64,000 bases of DNA from contig PXOU01000018.1 in assembly GCA_003022365.1 (NCBI GenBank), forward strand, positions 11,900 through 75,899, read 5' to 3'. The stretch comes from Candidatus Saccharibacteria bacterium QS_5_54_17 (GTDB lineage Bacteria; Patescibacteriota; Saccharimonadia; QS-5-54-17). Positions within the stretch are counted from its first letter, which is position 1. Each line of letters starts with the position of its first letter. The notes below the pieces were generated by a model. It made no database searches. It saw nothing but the letters and a program-made list of their open reading frames with translations, and was not told where the DNA came from. The position numbers and the translations under genes were made by a program. Shown here one piece after another: positions 47,700-57,510 of the stretch.

Positions 47700-48045
47700 C
47701 AGGCGGGAACAGGGAACAGGGAACAGGGAGCAAGGAGCAAGGAGCAAGGAGCAAGAAGTAAGCAGTAAGCAGGAAAATACAAACCTCCTCTGTCATTCTG
47801 AACTTGGTTCAGAATCTAATTATGCAATCCGGAAACGGATCCCGAATCGACAATTGCAAGGACCGTCCCTGCAATACATAAATGCCGCATAAGCTTTTGT
47901 TTAGCAAATCTTGCAAGGACGGTCCTTGCAATTGCGTGTCACCTCTCACGCTTGCTTCTTACTGCTTACTCCTTGCTTCTTGTTCCTGTTATCCTGAAGA
48001 CGTCATCCCGGACTCCGATCCGGGATCCGTTTCAGGATCCTTTAT
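47700..48045. repeat. Repeat mosaic R16
   Basis: (GGGAACA/GGAGCAA)n, TTGCAAGG pair, pyrimidine tract. Confidence 0.88.
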
Positions 48046-48160
48046 AAGAACCACGGAAAAAGGAAGCGGGTGCTGTTACTCCGCGTACATGTAGCGTCGT
48101 AGGTACTATGCTCGGCCCCATATACACTTTTGGGCCTGTGTTCGGAAAAATTTCGGTCCC

Positions 48161-48222
48161 GGGTGGGTAGACGTGGGTAGTTACATATACTAAATTGGAA
48201 TTAGTGGGTAGCAGTGGGTAAA
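48161..48222 (+). promoter_or_regulatory. dcw promoter with MraZ-type GTGGG direct repeats
   Basis: Two pairs of GTGGGTA with 10-bp period flanking TATACT; MraZ is known to bind GTGGG-type repeats upstream of its own operon. Confidence 0.75.
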
Positions 48223-48325
48223 CGCCCAGCACCTTTTCCACCTATACACAGCCAGGACGCGCTCCGCTGAACCCAGGATGGGAAAAGGGAAGGCAAACGC
48301 CCACCTAAATCCAAGGGTAATTAAC

Positions 48326-48712
48326 ATGCCGCAACTCGATTACTTCGAACGCAAACTGGATTCCAAAAACCGGTTAACCATACCGACCGAAGTCCGGGAT
48401 GAGTTCGAAAACGGGGAAATGGTCATTACCCAAGGCTTTGGCAACTACTTGCACCTTTATAGTAAGCAGGTATGGGATGCGGACATGGAATCCGCCCTTT
48501 CAGGTGACATCCTGGATGAACGGATCGCCGATTTGAACGTCAAATTCCGGCTGGGAAAACAAACCACCCATCTGGACAAAAAACAGGGCCGCATTACCAT
48601 CGAACAGCGCTTGCTGGATTACGCCGGCATCGATACCGATATCGTGGCCGTCCGGGTGGGCAAATACTGGCGGCTGATGAGCCCGGACCGGACGCGGGTA
48701 GCGACTGAGTAA
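48326..48712 (+). CDS. mraZ: Transcriptional regulator MraZ
   Basis: 'LDSKNRLTIP', 'LDKKQGRITI', first gene of the dcw operon. Confidence 0.9.
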   Translation: MPQLDYFERKLDSKNRLTIPTEVRDEFENGEMVITQGFGNYLHLYSKQVWDADMESALSGDILDERIADLNVKFRLGKQTTHLDKKQGRITIEQRLLDYAGIDTDIVAVRVGKYWRLMSPDRTRVATE

Positions 48713-48843
48713 TACCGACATTCCCGCTGCGCTTGCCGTAGTTGATCAATCACTGATTTGCACATTCAAAAAACAAAAACAAAAACACCACAAAATAACT
48801 TGTCTGCGGACATTAATAGGTATTTTCCTACATTAATTCGCGC

Positions 48844-49076
48844 GAGATCAGCTATGTGGTAGCCAGCGGGTGGTTCCAGGGTTGGATACACCCATAAAAA
48901 ACAACCCTCGCACCTCAAATCTCCAAAACAACAACTCCACCTCACACGTCTCTCTTTTACGAAGGAATTATTATAATTCCTTACCACAACAACCCTCCCG
49001 CCGCTGGCGGGACGGGGCTCATAAAAACAAAAACCCCTCATAAAAACAAAAAGCTGGCTACTACATAGGTGGTCTT
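48844..49076 (+). ncRNA. Candidate structured cis-RNA between mraZ and rsmH
   Basis: 24-bp closing stem with G-U pairs enclosing three hairpins and A/C-rich linkers. Confidence 0.6.
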
Positions 49077-49079
49077 GAC

Positions 49080-49976
49080 ATGCCAAAACACACACCGGAA
49101 ACAAAATCCAACCAGGCGCCGCACCAACCGGTATTAGGCGAAGCGGTTTTAGACATGCTCACGCCCCGCCCGGGAGAGCGATATCTGGACTTGACGGCCG
49201 GCTACGGCGGCCATACCCGCCCCATTCTGGAGCGGACCGGATATCAGCCGGACCATGTACTGGTTGACCGTGACGAGGAAGCAGTCTCCTATCTTGCTTG
49301 CCAATTCGCCGATGATTTGGTCCGGATCATCCACAGCGATTATGAGGCGGCCTTGGCAGGATTCCACCCCGAAGATGTGTTCGATCTGATATGTTTGGAT
49401 CTGGGCGTGTCATCACCGCAACTTGACAGTGCAGAACGCGGATTCAGTTTTTCGGCCGATGGGCCATTGGATATGCGAATGGACCAAACCAGAGGTATAA
49501 CCGCGGCCGAATTACTCGATCGTTTGTCCGAGGCTGATATCGCCGACATATTGGCCCGATACGGCGAGGAGCGGCAATCGGGGCGTATCGCTCGTGCCAT
49601 CGCCCGAGCACGTCCCATCGAACGGACCACGCAGCTGTCGGAAATTGTGGCGGGTGCCTATACGGGCAAAAGCCGATTGCATCCGGCCACCCGGACGTTC
49701 CAAGCCCTCCGTATTGCCGTCAACGATGAAATCGGGCAATTGGAGCGGTCGCTGCCGATGATCGAATCCGTGTTGTCTTCCGGTGGGCGGATGGCGGTCA
49801 TTAGTTTTCACAGTCTGGAAGACCGCGCCGTCAAGCAATTCATCACCGGAAGCAGCCTGGAACCGCTTAACCGCGGGGTAATCCAGGGGAAAATTAACGA
49901 TGTTTCCAACCCGCGCGCCCGGAGCGCCAAGCTCCGGGCGGCGATCAAAAATACAAACGGCCCGGCCGGGGCCTAA
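49080..49976 (+). CDS. rsmH: 16S rRNA m4C1402 methyltransferase
   Basis: 'HQPVL', 'DLTAGYGGH', 'DLGVSSPQLD..RGFSF..DGPLDMRM', 'HPATRTFQALRI', 'FHSLED', 'NPRARSAKLR'. Confidence 0.96.
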   Translation: MPKHTPETKSNQAPHQPVLGEAVLDMLTPRPGERYLDLTAGYGGHTRPILERTGYQPDHVLVDRDEEAVSYLACQFADDLVRIIHSDYEAALAGFHPEDVFDLICLDLGVSSPQLDSAERGFSFSADGPLDMRMDQTRGITAAELLDRLSEADIADILARYGEERQSGRIARAIARARPIERTTQLSEIVAGAYTGKSRLHPATRTFQALRIAVNDEIGQLERSLPMIESVLSSGGRMAVISFHSLEDRAVKQFITGSSLEPLNRGVIQGKINDVSNPRARSAKLRAAIKNTNGPAGA

Positions 49977-50013
49977 CCCGGTCGCAAAACAAACACCAGG
50001 GAGGAGGTAAGCT

Positions 50014-50094
50014 GTGGCTATCAAAGTACAAACGGCCGGAAGCAACCAAAAAGCCCAAGCCGTGAACGTCAAAGTTCTCGAGCCCGCCGCTTAA
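50014..50094 (+). CDS. Putative 26-aa small protein MAIKVQTAGSNQKAQAVNVKVLEPAA
   Basis: Strong SD GGAGGAGG 5 nt before GTG; lies between rsmH and ftsL. Confidence 0.5.
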   Translation: MAIKVQTAGSNQKAQAVNVKVLEPAA

Positions 50095-50252
50095 GCGGCA
50101 GTTATGGGTATGGGCGCCGCGCCTTTCGCCTAAGTAGCGGCGCCCCCCCTTCAAGAAAAACAAGAAAGACAATAAAGACAACAGAAAACACAAACCAAAA
50201 CACCCGTTGCTGGGGCGAAGTTGCCCGAGCAACCAAGGAAAACAAAAACACT

Positions 50253-50597
50253 ATGTATCAACAACAAGCAATTCTGCGCCAACAACGCGCCCGGCGGGCC
50301 CGCCGGAATCGGGATGTGGGGACGCCCGGGGCCAGCAAGACACTGGGGCCGGTAACGACTACTTTATTTCTGGTGGTCATCGTCGGCGTACTCTCGCTTC
50401 TGTACCTGACGCAAGTTACCAAAACCAGCAGCCTGGATTATCAAATCAGCGATCTGAATCAAAAGCAGGAAAAGCTCCTCCAAGAGCAACAAAAGCTGCA
50501 AGTAGAAGCCGCCCGGCTGCGGTCGGTGGGACGGGTGGAAAACTCCGGGGTCGCGGCCGAACTTGAACCGGAAACCAATGTAACTTATGGACAGTAG
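50253..50597 (+). CDS. ftsL: FtsL-like cell division protein
   Basis: Single TM + coiled coil 'LQVEAARLRS..RVE'; canonical position between rsmH and the PBP gene. Confidence 0.75.
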   Translation: MYQQQAILRQQRARRARRNRDVGTPGASKTLGPVTTTLFLVVIVGVLSLLYLTQVTKTSSLDYQISDLNQKQEKLLQEQQKLQVEAARLRSVGRVENSGVAAELEPETNVTYGQ

Positions 50598-52311
50598 CCG
50601 TTCCCGGATCACGACGTTAGGGGTGGTTTTTCTGCTGCTGGCCGGGGCAGTGGTGGTGCGTTTGGGGTATTTGCAGATACTCCGGGCTGATCACTTTTCG
50701 GTGTTGGCTACCCAATCCCAGTCCCGCAAATTCGAGATTCCCGCCCAAAGGGGTGAGATATTTATGCAGGATCGCGGGGAAGCAACGGCCGTGGCCATGA
50801 ATCGGAACCTGAAAACCTTATACGCCGACACCCGGTATATATATGATCAAACCCGGGTGGTACGGAAACTCAAAGACATCCTTGGAACCGATTTCACCCG
50901 AAAATTATCCGGTGCTGACGGATACACGCTGCTGAAGGAAGAAGTACCGTATGAGACGGCCCAAAAAATCAAGCAACTCGGGCTTTCGGGCATCGGATTA
51001 AGCGATAATTACACCCGGGTCTACCCCGAAGGCACGCTGGGAGCGCGGCTGCTGGGGTTCGTCAATCAGGACGGAGAAGGCCAGTACGGCGTGGAAGGCG
51101 GGCTGGACGAGGCACTGTCGGGCACCACCGGGTTTTTGGCTGCCGAAACCGATGCGGGCGGAATTCCCATTCCTTCCGAGGAGAACGTAGAGAAACAGGC
51201 CCGGGACGGGAAGGATGTGGTATTAACCATCGATCGGAACATCCAGGATTTCGCCGAATCGGCGCTCAAACGGGGTGCCCAAGAGACCGGAGCCCGATCC
51301 GGCCACGTGGTCATTATGGATCCGAACTCGGGTCGCGTCTTAGCTATGGCCAACTATCCCACCTATAATCCCAACACCTACCAAGAGGTGACTGATTATC
51401 AGCGCTTCCGGAACGTGACGGTCAGCCAAAAGTTCGAAGCCGGTTCGGTGTTCAAGCCCTTTACCATGGCGGCCGGGCTGGATTCGGGAAGCGTGACACC
51501 TGAGGAATCCTATTACGACCGCGGCTTCGTCCAGGTGGGCGAGCACAAAATTACCAATGCCCTGGGCGGCAGCGAACCCCGCAGCATGAGGGAAGTTATT
51601 ACCAATTCCGTCAACACCGGCGCCATATACGTACTCAAACAGTTGGGTGAGCAGTCGGGATCGGCGGGTATTTCCAAGGCCAATAAACAAACTTTGCATA
51701 ACTACTTTACCGATCGGTTTCATTTAACCGACGGCACCGGTGTAAAGCTGCCCGGTGAACCGTCGCTGAGCATGGACGCGCCGGGAGAAGTCAGCAACGT
51801 CAATTATGCCAATATGGCTTTCGGACAGGGCATAACCACCACCATGTTGCGGATGACCAGCTCCATGAGCGCGGTTATTAACGGCGGCACGCTGTATAAA
51901 CCGCAGGTGGTTGATTTCTACCGGACACCCGATCAAGAGGCGGGGCGGGACGTCAGCACCCAAGTGACGGATGATTCCGTAGTCTCCGAGAAAACCTCCC
52001 AGCAGATCCGGGCGATGATGGAAACGGTGGTCGAGCGCGGCGGGGGTTTCGGCGCCCGCATAGACGGCTACCGGGTGGGCGGGAAGACCGGTACGGCCCA
52101 GCTGCCTCACCCAGACGGGGGATATTATGAAGACAAGGAGATCGGTACTTTCATCGGTTTCGCCCCGGTTGAAGACCCCCAATACATTATGATGGTCCGG
52201 ATGGATCAACCGACGACCCCCGGTTTTGCCGGTTCGGTGGCGGCCGGCCCCGTTTTCGGTGACATCATGGAACAATTACTACGATATAAAGGTGTTCCGC
52301 CCGCCCAATAG
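50587..52311 (+). CDS. ftsI: Class B penicillin-binding protein (FtsI/PBP2-like)
   Basis: 'RGEI', 'RVYP', 'LTID', SxxK 'SVFK', SxN 'SVN', 'KTGTAQ'. Confidence 0.9.
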   Translation: MDSSRSRITTLGVVFLLLAGAVVVRLGYLQILRADHFSVLATQSQSRKFEIPAQRGEIFMQDRGEATAVAMNRNLKTLYADTRYIYDQTRVVRKLKDILGTDFTRKLSGADGYTLLKEEVPYETAQKIKQLGLSGIGLSDNYTRVYPEGTLGARLLGFVNQDGEGQYGVEGGLDEALSGTTGFLAAETDAGGIPIPSEENVEKQARDGKDVVLTIDRNIQDFAESALKRGAQETGARSGHVVIMDPNSGRVLAMANYPTYNPNTYQEVTDYQRFRNVTVSQKFEAGSVFKPFTMAAGLDSGSVTPEESYYDRGFVQVGEHKITNALGGSEPRSMREVITNSVNTGAIYVLKQLGEQSGSAGISKANKQTLHNYFTDRFHLTDGTGVKLPGEPSLSMDAPGEVSNVNYANMAFGQGITTTMLRMTSSMSAVINGGTLYKPQVVDFYRTPDQEAGRDVSTQVTDDSVVSEKTSQQIRAMMETVVERGGGFGARIDGYRVGGKTGTAQLPHPDGGYYEDKEIGTFIGFAPVEDPQYIMMVRMDQPTTPGFAGSVAAGPVFGDIMEQLLRYKGVPPAQ

Positions 52312-52348
52312 ATGCTATATTGGACAATAGAAGGATTTAAAAAGCAAT

Positions 52349-53404
52349 ATGAACTCGATATTCAATCAACTACCCCCGCCCATTACCATCGAACCGCAGA
52401 TGCTATCCTGGCTGGTGCTGGCCGCCTTGGCAGGTTTTGTCCTGGCTATGGCCTTAACTCCCGTCTATACCTATTTCGCCTTTACCTATGAAGCCTGGAA
52501 ACGGGTGCGCCAATCGACGACGTCGGGAGAAAAAGCGCCGGTGTTCCATAAACTGCACCAGGAGAAACACCAACGTAATATCCCCACTATGGCGGGTGTC
52601 GTCATCGTGGTGTCCGTGGCCGTGGTGACTTTATTGTTTAACTATGACCAAGCCCAGACCTTGTTGCCGCTGCTGGCCTTGGTGGCGGCCGGCAGTGTCG
52701 GATTGGTGGACGATTTGATCAATATCCGGGGAGAGGGGACCGGGGTGGCCGGACTCCGGTCGCGGTTGAAATTTTGGTTGATACTATCTATCGCTGCCGG
52801 AGTTAGCGTCTACGCTTTCGTCAAATTGGGATACGTCAGCCTGGCCGTGCCGTTTTTGGGGCAAGTGCCGCTGGGATGGGGGTTGGTGCCGCTGTTTATC
52901 CTGGTGATTCTGGCCTCGGCCAACGCCGTCAACATTACTGACGGACTGGATGGACTGGCCGGCGGCTTGTCGACCATTGTCTTCGGCGTCTACTCCATAA
53001 TCGCGCTTCTGCAAGGGAATATGGGGATCGCGGTATTTTGCGCCACGGTGGTGGGCGTCATGCTCTCCTACACCTGGTTTAACATTTATCCGGCCCGCTT
53101 CTTCATGGGTGACAGCGGATCCTTCGCCTTGGGGACCACTTTGGGGGTCATCGCTTTGCTGACAGATACGGTACTCTTATTGCCGATTATCGGGGCCGTA
53201 TTCGTGCTGGAAGCCGGCTCCAGCAGCATCCAGTTGCTGTCCAAGCGGCTTCGGGGGCGGAAGATTTTCCACTCGGCGCCGCTGCACCATCATTTCGAAG
53301 CGATGGGATGGCCGGAAACCAAAGTCACCATGCGGTTCTGGGTACTGGGGTCGGTGTCGGGGACCATCGGTTTGATGATTGCCATATGGGGCGGACAATT
53401 GTAA
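52349..53404 (+). CDS. mraY: Phospho-N-acetylmuramoyl-pentapeptide transferase
   Basis: 'PTMAG', 'GLVDD', 'NAVNITDGLDGL', 'FMGDSGS', 'APLHHHFE'. Confidence 0.96.
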   Translation: MNSIFNQLPPPITIEPQMLSWLVLAALAGFVLAMALTPVYTYFAFTYEAWKRVRQSTTSGEKAPVFHKLHQEKHQRNIPTMAGVVIVVSVAVVTLLFNYDQAQTLLPLLALVAAGSVGLVDDLINIRGEGTGVAGLRSRLKFWLILSIAAGVSVYAFVKLGYVSLAVPFLGQVPLGWGLVPLFILVILASANAVNITDGLDGLAGGLSTIVFGVYSIIALLQGNMGIAVFCATVVGVMLSYTWFNIYPARFFMGDSGSFALGTTLGVIALLTDTVLLLPIIGAVFVLEAGSSSIQLLSKRLRGRKIFHSAPLHHHFEAMGWPETKVTMRFWVLGSVSGTIGLMIAIWGGQL

Positions 53405-53446
53405 TCGTTTTACGTTGAAAAATAAAAAAATACACAAGAGACACCG

Positions 53447-54691
53447 GTGAAAACATTAACCCGTATTCGAAACCAAAACCAAAATTACGCTCGCCAATCG
53501 ACTCGTCTTCGGGCCCATCGGCCGGATACCGGCCTGATCTTACTGGTCGGGATTTTGCTGGTCATCGGGGTGGTGGTGATTTATTCCATCAGCCCCACCT
53601 TGAGCCGGGAATTACTGGATGGGGGCAGTGAAAACTATTTCGCCTACGCCCAGTTAGGGCACATCGGTTTGGGAATCCTTGTCTTCGCGGTGGCCGCCAA
53701 AATCCCGCTCACTTGGTGGCGGAAATTATTGCCGTGGCTGGTGCTGGCGACATTGGCCAGCTTCCTGTTGATGCTGACGCCGCTTGGGGTGACTTCGGGC
53801 GGGGCGACCCGGTGGTTGGGTACCGCCTCGCTTAGCTTCCAGCCGGTGGAATTGGCCAAATTTACGCTGGTAATCGGGGCCGCCGCTTGGTTCAGCGGAC
53901 TGAAAGACGGGGAGATCAAGCGGTTTTCATTTGCTTTGGCGCCGCTGTTAATCGCCTTAGGGGTGTTGTCGGTATTCGTCGTCTTACACCAGTCGGATCT
54001 GGGATCAATGCTGGTTTTGGCCGCCATTGCCGCCTCGATTTTCTTTGTCGCCGGCGCGCCGTTGCGGCATATCGGCTACCTGTTGGGTATCGGGCTGGCC
54101 GGTATTATCCTGAGTATCGTCTTGGCGCCCCACCGTATGGAAAGGTTGCGGACATTTTTCAATCCCGAACAAGGAATAGCTGAGACGGGTTATCATCTCC
54201 ACCAAGCCTTGATCGCGGTCGGTTCGGGCGGCCTGTTCGGGCTGGGGCTGGGCGAAAGCGTCCAAGTCTATGGATATCTCCCCGAGGCGGCCAATGATTC
54301 GATTTTTGCCATTATCGGCGAAACCTTTGGATTGCTGGGCGGATTAGTCATCGTCGCCCTGTTTGTGCTATTGGTGTCCCGGTGTTTGGTCATTGCCCGC
54401 TGGGCCCACGACCGGTTTGCCGGTTATATCGCGCTGGGTATCGGGACATGGATCGCCGTCCAGGCCTTGATCAACATCACCGCTATGATCGGCATGATAC
54501 CTTTGAGCGGCATTACCTTGCCGCTGGTCAGCTACGGCGGATCCAGCTTATTGTTTGTTATGCTGGCGATGGGAGTCGTCACCCATATTTCTATGTATAC
54601 AGTAAGGAACCGGAATGAAAATCGTACTCACCGGGGGCGGAACGGGCGGGCACATCGCCCCGCTTTCGGCGGTAGCCCGGGCGCTGTCTAA
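53447..54691 (+). CDS. ftsW: SEDS peptidoglycan polymerase FtsW
   Basis: 'GATRW', 'FQPVELAK', 'GYHLHQA..AVGSGG', 'YLPEAANDSIF', 'GITLPLVSYGGSS'. Confidence 0.94.
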   Translation: MKTLTRIRNQNQNYARQSTRLRAHRPDTGLILLVGILLVIGVVVIYSISPTLSRELLDGGSENYFAYAQLGHIGLGILVFAVAAKIPLTWWRKLLPWLVLATLASFLLMLTPLGVTSGGATRWLGTASLSFQPVELAKFTLVIGAAAWFSGLKDGEIKRFSFALAPLLIALGVLSVFVVLHQSDLGSMLVLAAIAASIFFVAGAPLRHIGYLLGIGLAGIILSIVLAPHRMERLRTFFNPEQGIAETGYHLHQALIAVGSGGLFGLGLGESVQVYGYLPEAANDSIFAIIGETFGLLGGLVIVALFVLLVSRCLVIARWAHDRFAGYIALGIGTWIAVQALINITAMIGMIPLSGITLPLVSYGGSSLLFVMLAMGVVTHISMYTVRNRNENRTHRGRNGRAHRPAFGGSPGAV

Positions 54692-55694
54692 TCAGCAAAC
54701 CCCGCCTCACCTGCATTATATCGGCGAAGGGTCCCACTTGGAGCACCGGATGCTCTCCTGTGGCGACCGGTTATTATGCCATTCGGTGATGTCGGGCAAA
54801 TTCCGCCGCTATCACGGCGATTCCCTGTGGGCGCACCTGGCGGACGTACCAACGCTTACCCGGAACGCTCGCGACGCCGTTAAAGTAATGATCGGATTTT
54901 TCCAGAGTCTTTGGCTGCTGTTGGAAATCCGTCCCCAAGTGGTGTTTTCCAAGGGCGGGTATACCGCGCTGCCGGTCGGGTTGGCGGCGGCAGTTTTGCG
55001 CATTCGCCTGATAACCCATGATTCGGACGTGGTCCCGGGTCTGACCAATCGCGTGCTGGGTCGATTCGCCGCCGAGACCGCCTGTGGATTTCCCCGTGAA
55101 GGGAGCACATTTACCGGTAATCCGGTCAATCCGGATTTGCGGTCCGCTCCCGCCGCCGGGTGGGGATCCGACAAACCGGTGGTGATGTTTATGGGCGGCA
55201 GCTCGGGAGCCAATGTTATAAATCGATTGGTGTTCGGGAATGTGGACCGGCTGCGGGAGCGTTACACCATAGTGCACATTACCGGGCAAGCCGATCTCCC
55301 CAAGGCGCCGGAGCCGGCTTCCGACTATCGACCCTATGATTTTGTGGACCCGGCGACGATGGGCGGGTTGCTGAAGTCAGCCGACGTAGTACTATCCCGG
55401 GCCGGCGCCAACGCCATTGCCGATTTGGCCGCCTGCGGGGCGGCCGCCATTCTCATCCCCGGCCGTCATATGACGGGCGGGCAACAACTCCGCAACGCCA
55501 CCACCGTCACCGACTGCGGCGCTGCCTATTTGCTCCGTGAAGAGCACTTAGATATTGATTCGGTTACCGAAGCTATTGATTATGTTTATGCCCATCAGCA
55601 GCAGTATCGACGGGGCATGGAGGCGTTGGATCGGCCCCAAGCAGCCGCTGAATTGGCCACCATGATTACCGGCGGGAGTAACCATGCCTCGTAA
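54615..55694 (+). CDS. murG: Lipid I N-acetylglucosamine transferase
   Basis: 'TGGGTGGHI', 'KGGY', 'TGNPV', 'GGSSGA', 'SRAGA', 'QLRNA'. Confidence 0.93.
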   Translation: MKIVLTGGGTGGHIAPLSAVARALSNQQTPPHLHYIGEGSHLEHRMLSCGDRLLCHSVMSGKFRRYHGDSLWAHLADVPTLTRNARDAVKVMIGFFQSLWLLLEIRPQVVFSKGGYTALPVGLAAAVLRIRLITHDSDVVPGLTNRVLGRFAAETACGFPREGSTFTGNPVNPDLRSAPAAGWGSDKPVVMFMGGSSGANVINRLVFGNVDRLRERYTIVHITGQADLPKAPEPASDYRPYDFVDPATMGGLLKSADVVLSRAGANAIADLAACGAAAILIPGRHMTGGQQLRNATTVTDCGAAYLLREEHLDIDSVTEAIDYVYAHQQQYRRGMEALDRPQAAAELATMITGGSNHAS

Positions 55695-56502
55695 ACAACG
55701 CCCAAACCATCGTTCCCGCCGCCCGGCAGCAGACGCTAACGGAGGGCGCCGGGAATCGCCGTCTCCGTTCCAAGCCCAGTATTACCGCGGCAGCCCGTCC
55801 AAGCAGTCAAACGCGCTGCCCGGGTGGAAGGTGGGGGTGGCGTTGGTTTGTCTGCTCGGGGCGGCCATCGCGGTCTTTGTATGGGGCCGGGTGGAAACGG
55901 TGGCCGTAACCGGCACCGATGACGGTGATGTCAAAACGGCCATCAGGGAACAGGTGCAGTCCCGATACGGGTTTCTGTGGCAGGCCTACACCCGTTCTCC
56001 GCCGCAGCATGGGCAGTATCCAGACACGGTGGCCACGGTGACCGTGACTCCGCAGTGGCGGAAACAACAACTCAACGCCTCAGTTACCATGAAAAAACCG
56101 CAATTACGGTGGCAGACGGGAGATTCGGTATATGCGGTGGGGGAGAACGGGAAGGTGCTTCACGCGGTGGAGGAGGCGAGCCAAAGCGGGGCGCCGCTGA
56201 TCCGCGACCAATCCGATTTGCCGGTGGAAGTCGCCGGAAAGGTGGTGTCCGGGCGCTTCGTGGCCTTTGCCCGCCAAATTGCCTATTCGGATCTGTCCAT
56301 CACTGGCCTGCGGATCATCAACACCACCAGCGAGCTGTACGCTGATCTCGAGCAGGGGTATTACGTCCGATTCGACACCACCGGTTCCGCCCAAGTCCAA
56401 CTGGATAATGTAAAGCGCATCCAAAAGATCGCCAAGCGCCAGAACGACGCCATCAACCAATACATTGACGTCCGCCTGCCGTACAAAGCCTACTATAAGT
56501 AG
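55684..56502 (+). CDS. FtsQ/DivIB-like protein
   Basis: Basic N-terminus, TM, POTRA-like region, C-terminal 'YIDVRLPYKAYYK'; follows murG. Confidence 0.7.
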   Translation: MPRKQRPNHRSRRPAADANGGRRESPSPFQAQYYRGSPSKQSNALPGWKVGVALVCLLGAAIAVFVWGRVETVAVTGTDDGDVKTAIREQVQSRYGFLWQAYTRSPPQHGQYPDTVATVTVTPQWRKQQLNASVTMKKPQLRWQTGDSVYAVGENGKVLHAVEEASQSGAPLIRDQSDLPVEVAGKVVSGRFVAFARQIAYSDLSITGLRIINTTSELYADLEQGYYVRFDTTGSAQVQLDNVKRIQKIAKRQNDAINQYIDVRLPYKAYYK

Positions 56503-56504
56503 CC

Positions 56505-56895
56505 CGGTAGAGGGGGGTAAGCAGGTAACAGTAGGCGGTAGACAGCAGACAGCAGACAGGGAAAAAGGAACAAGTAGCAGGGAGCAAGGAGTAAGGAGTA
56601 AGCGGATCTTAAGAGGAGTGGCGAAAAAATGTCATCCTGAATTTATTTCAGGATCTGTTTTAGACTCAGAGCGATTCCGAAACTGATCCCGGATCGGAGT
56701 CCGGGATGACGTCTTCGGAATGACAAAGAGGGTAACAAAAAAAAGAAGTGCCCTCCTAAAGATGTCATCCTGAACTTGTTTCAGGATCTATTTAAAACCA
56801 TATCGGCTTAATGGATGCCGGCTCGGCGGCCGGAATGACAAAGAGGGGAGACAGGGAGTAAGGAGCAAGCAGCAGGGAGTAAAAAGCAAGTAAAC
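56505..56895. repeat. Repeat mosaic R17
   Basis: Contains a block closely similar to 1185-1260 in R1. Confidence 0.9.
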
Positions 56896-57510
56896 GAATT
56901 CCAAATTCCAATAGAAATGTTCAGATTGCAAATAGGAGATTGCCCGACCCTGCTCTGTTTCTGTTCGTTTTTTGTTCAAACATGTTGGCGACAGCGACCA
57001 GGCGCAAAAAATATATGAAAATACTAGCGGCAAACATGTCAAATATACACAAAAATATAATAGGAAAGAGAAGAGGGGAAAGTGTCAATAGTCCCAAATC
57101 AAGCAATTCAATAAATAACCCCCGTAACTAATATGTTGTGGAAAACGTGACGTGCCTCACATCAACCGTAACGTATGTAATGCAGCTGCGGGAAGGTCTT
57201 TTAAAAGGTAGTCACCACAAGTAACACCACAGGCGAGATCACCGGAATAACCGGATTCGTTGGTGTAACTTGACGCGTTACACACCATCAGCTGCTCCAC
57301 TATCCCGGCCAAGGGACCCTGATACCACAAATAAGACGTACGATACGCCATATATTAGCTTACTGCGGGAACGTCGCAAAATATGCATTGTGCGACGTTG
57401 CATTTATTTCGGTTGTTTCGGTGCAATCGTCCGGCTCGATTGAGTTTGCTTTGCGGGTTACGCCCATGTATTCCTCCCTACCCGGCATTACCCTGTTTTG
57501 GTGTTATGGC

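Noticed and set aside
56900-57150. Replication origin
   Set aside because: AT-rich, but only one DnaA-box-like sequence (TGTGGAAAA ~57137) and no dnaA/dnaN nearby
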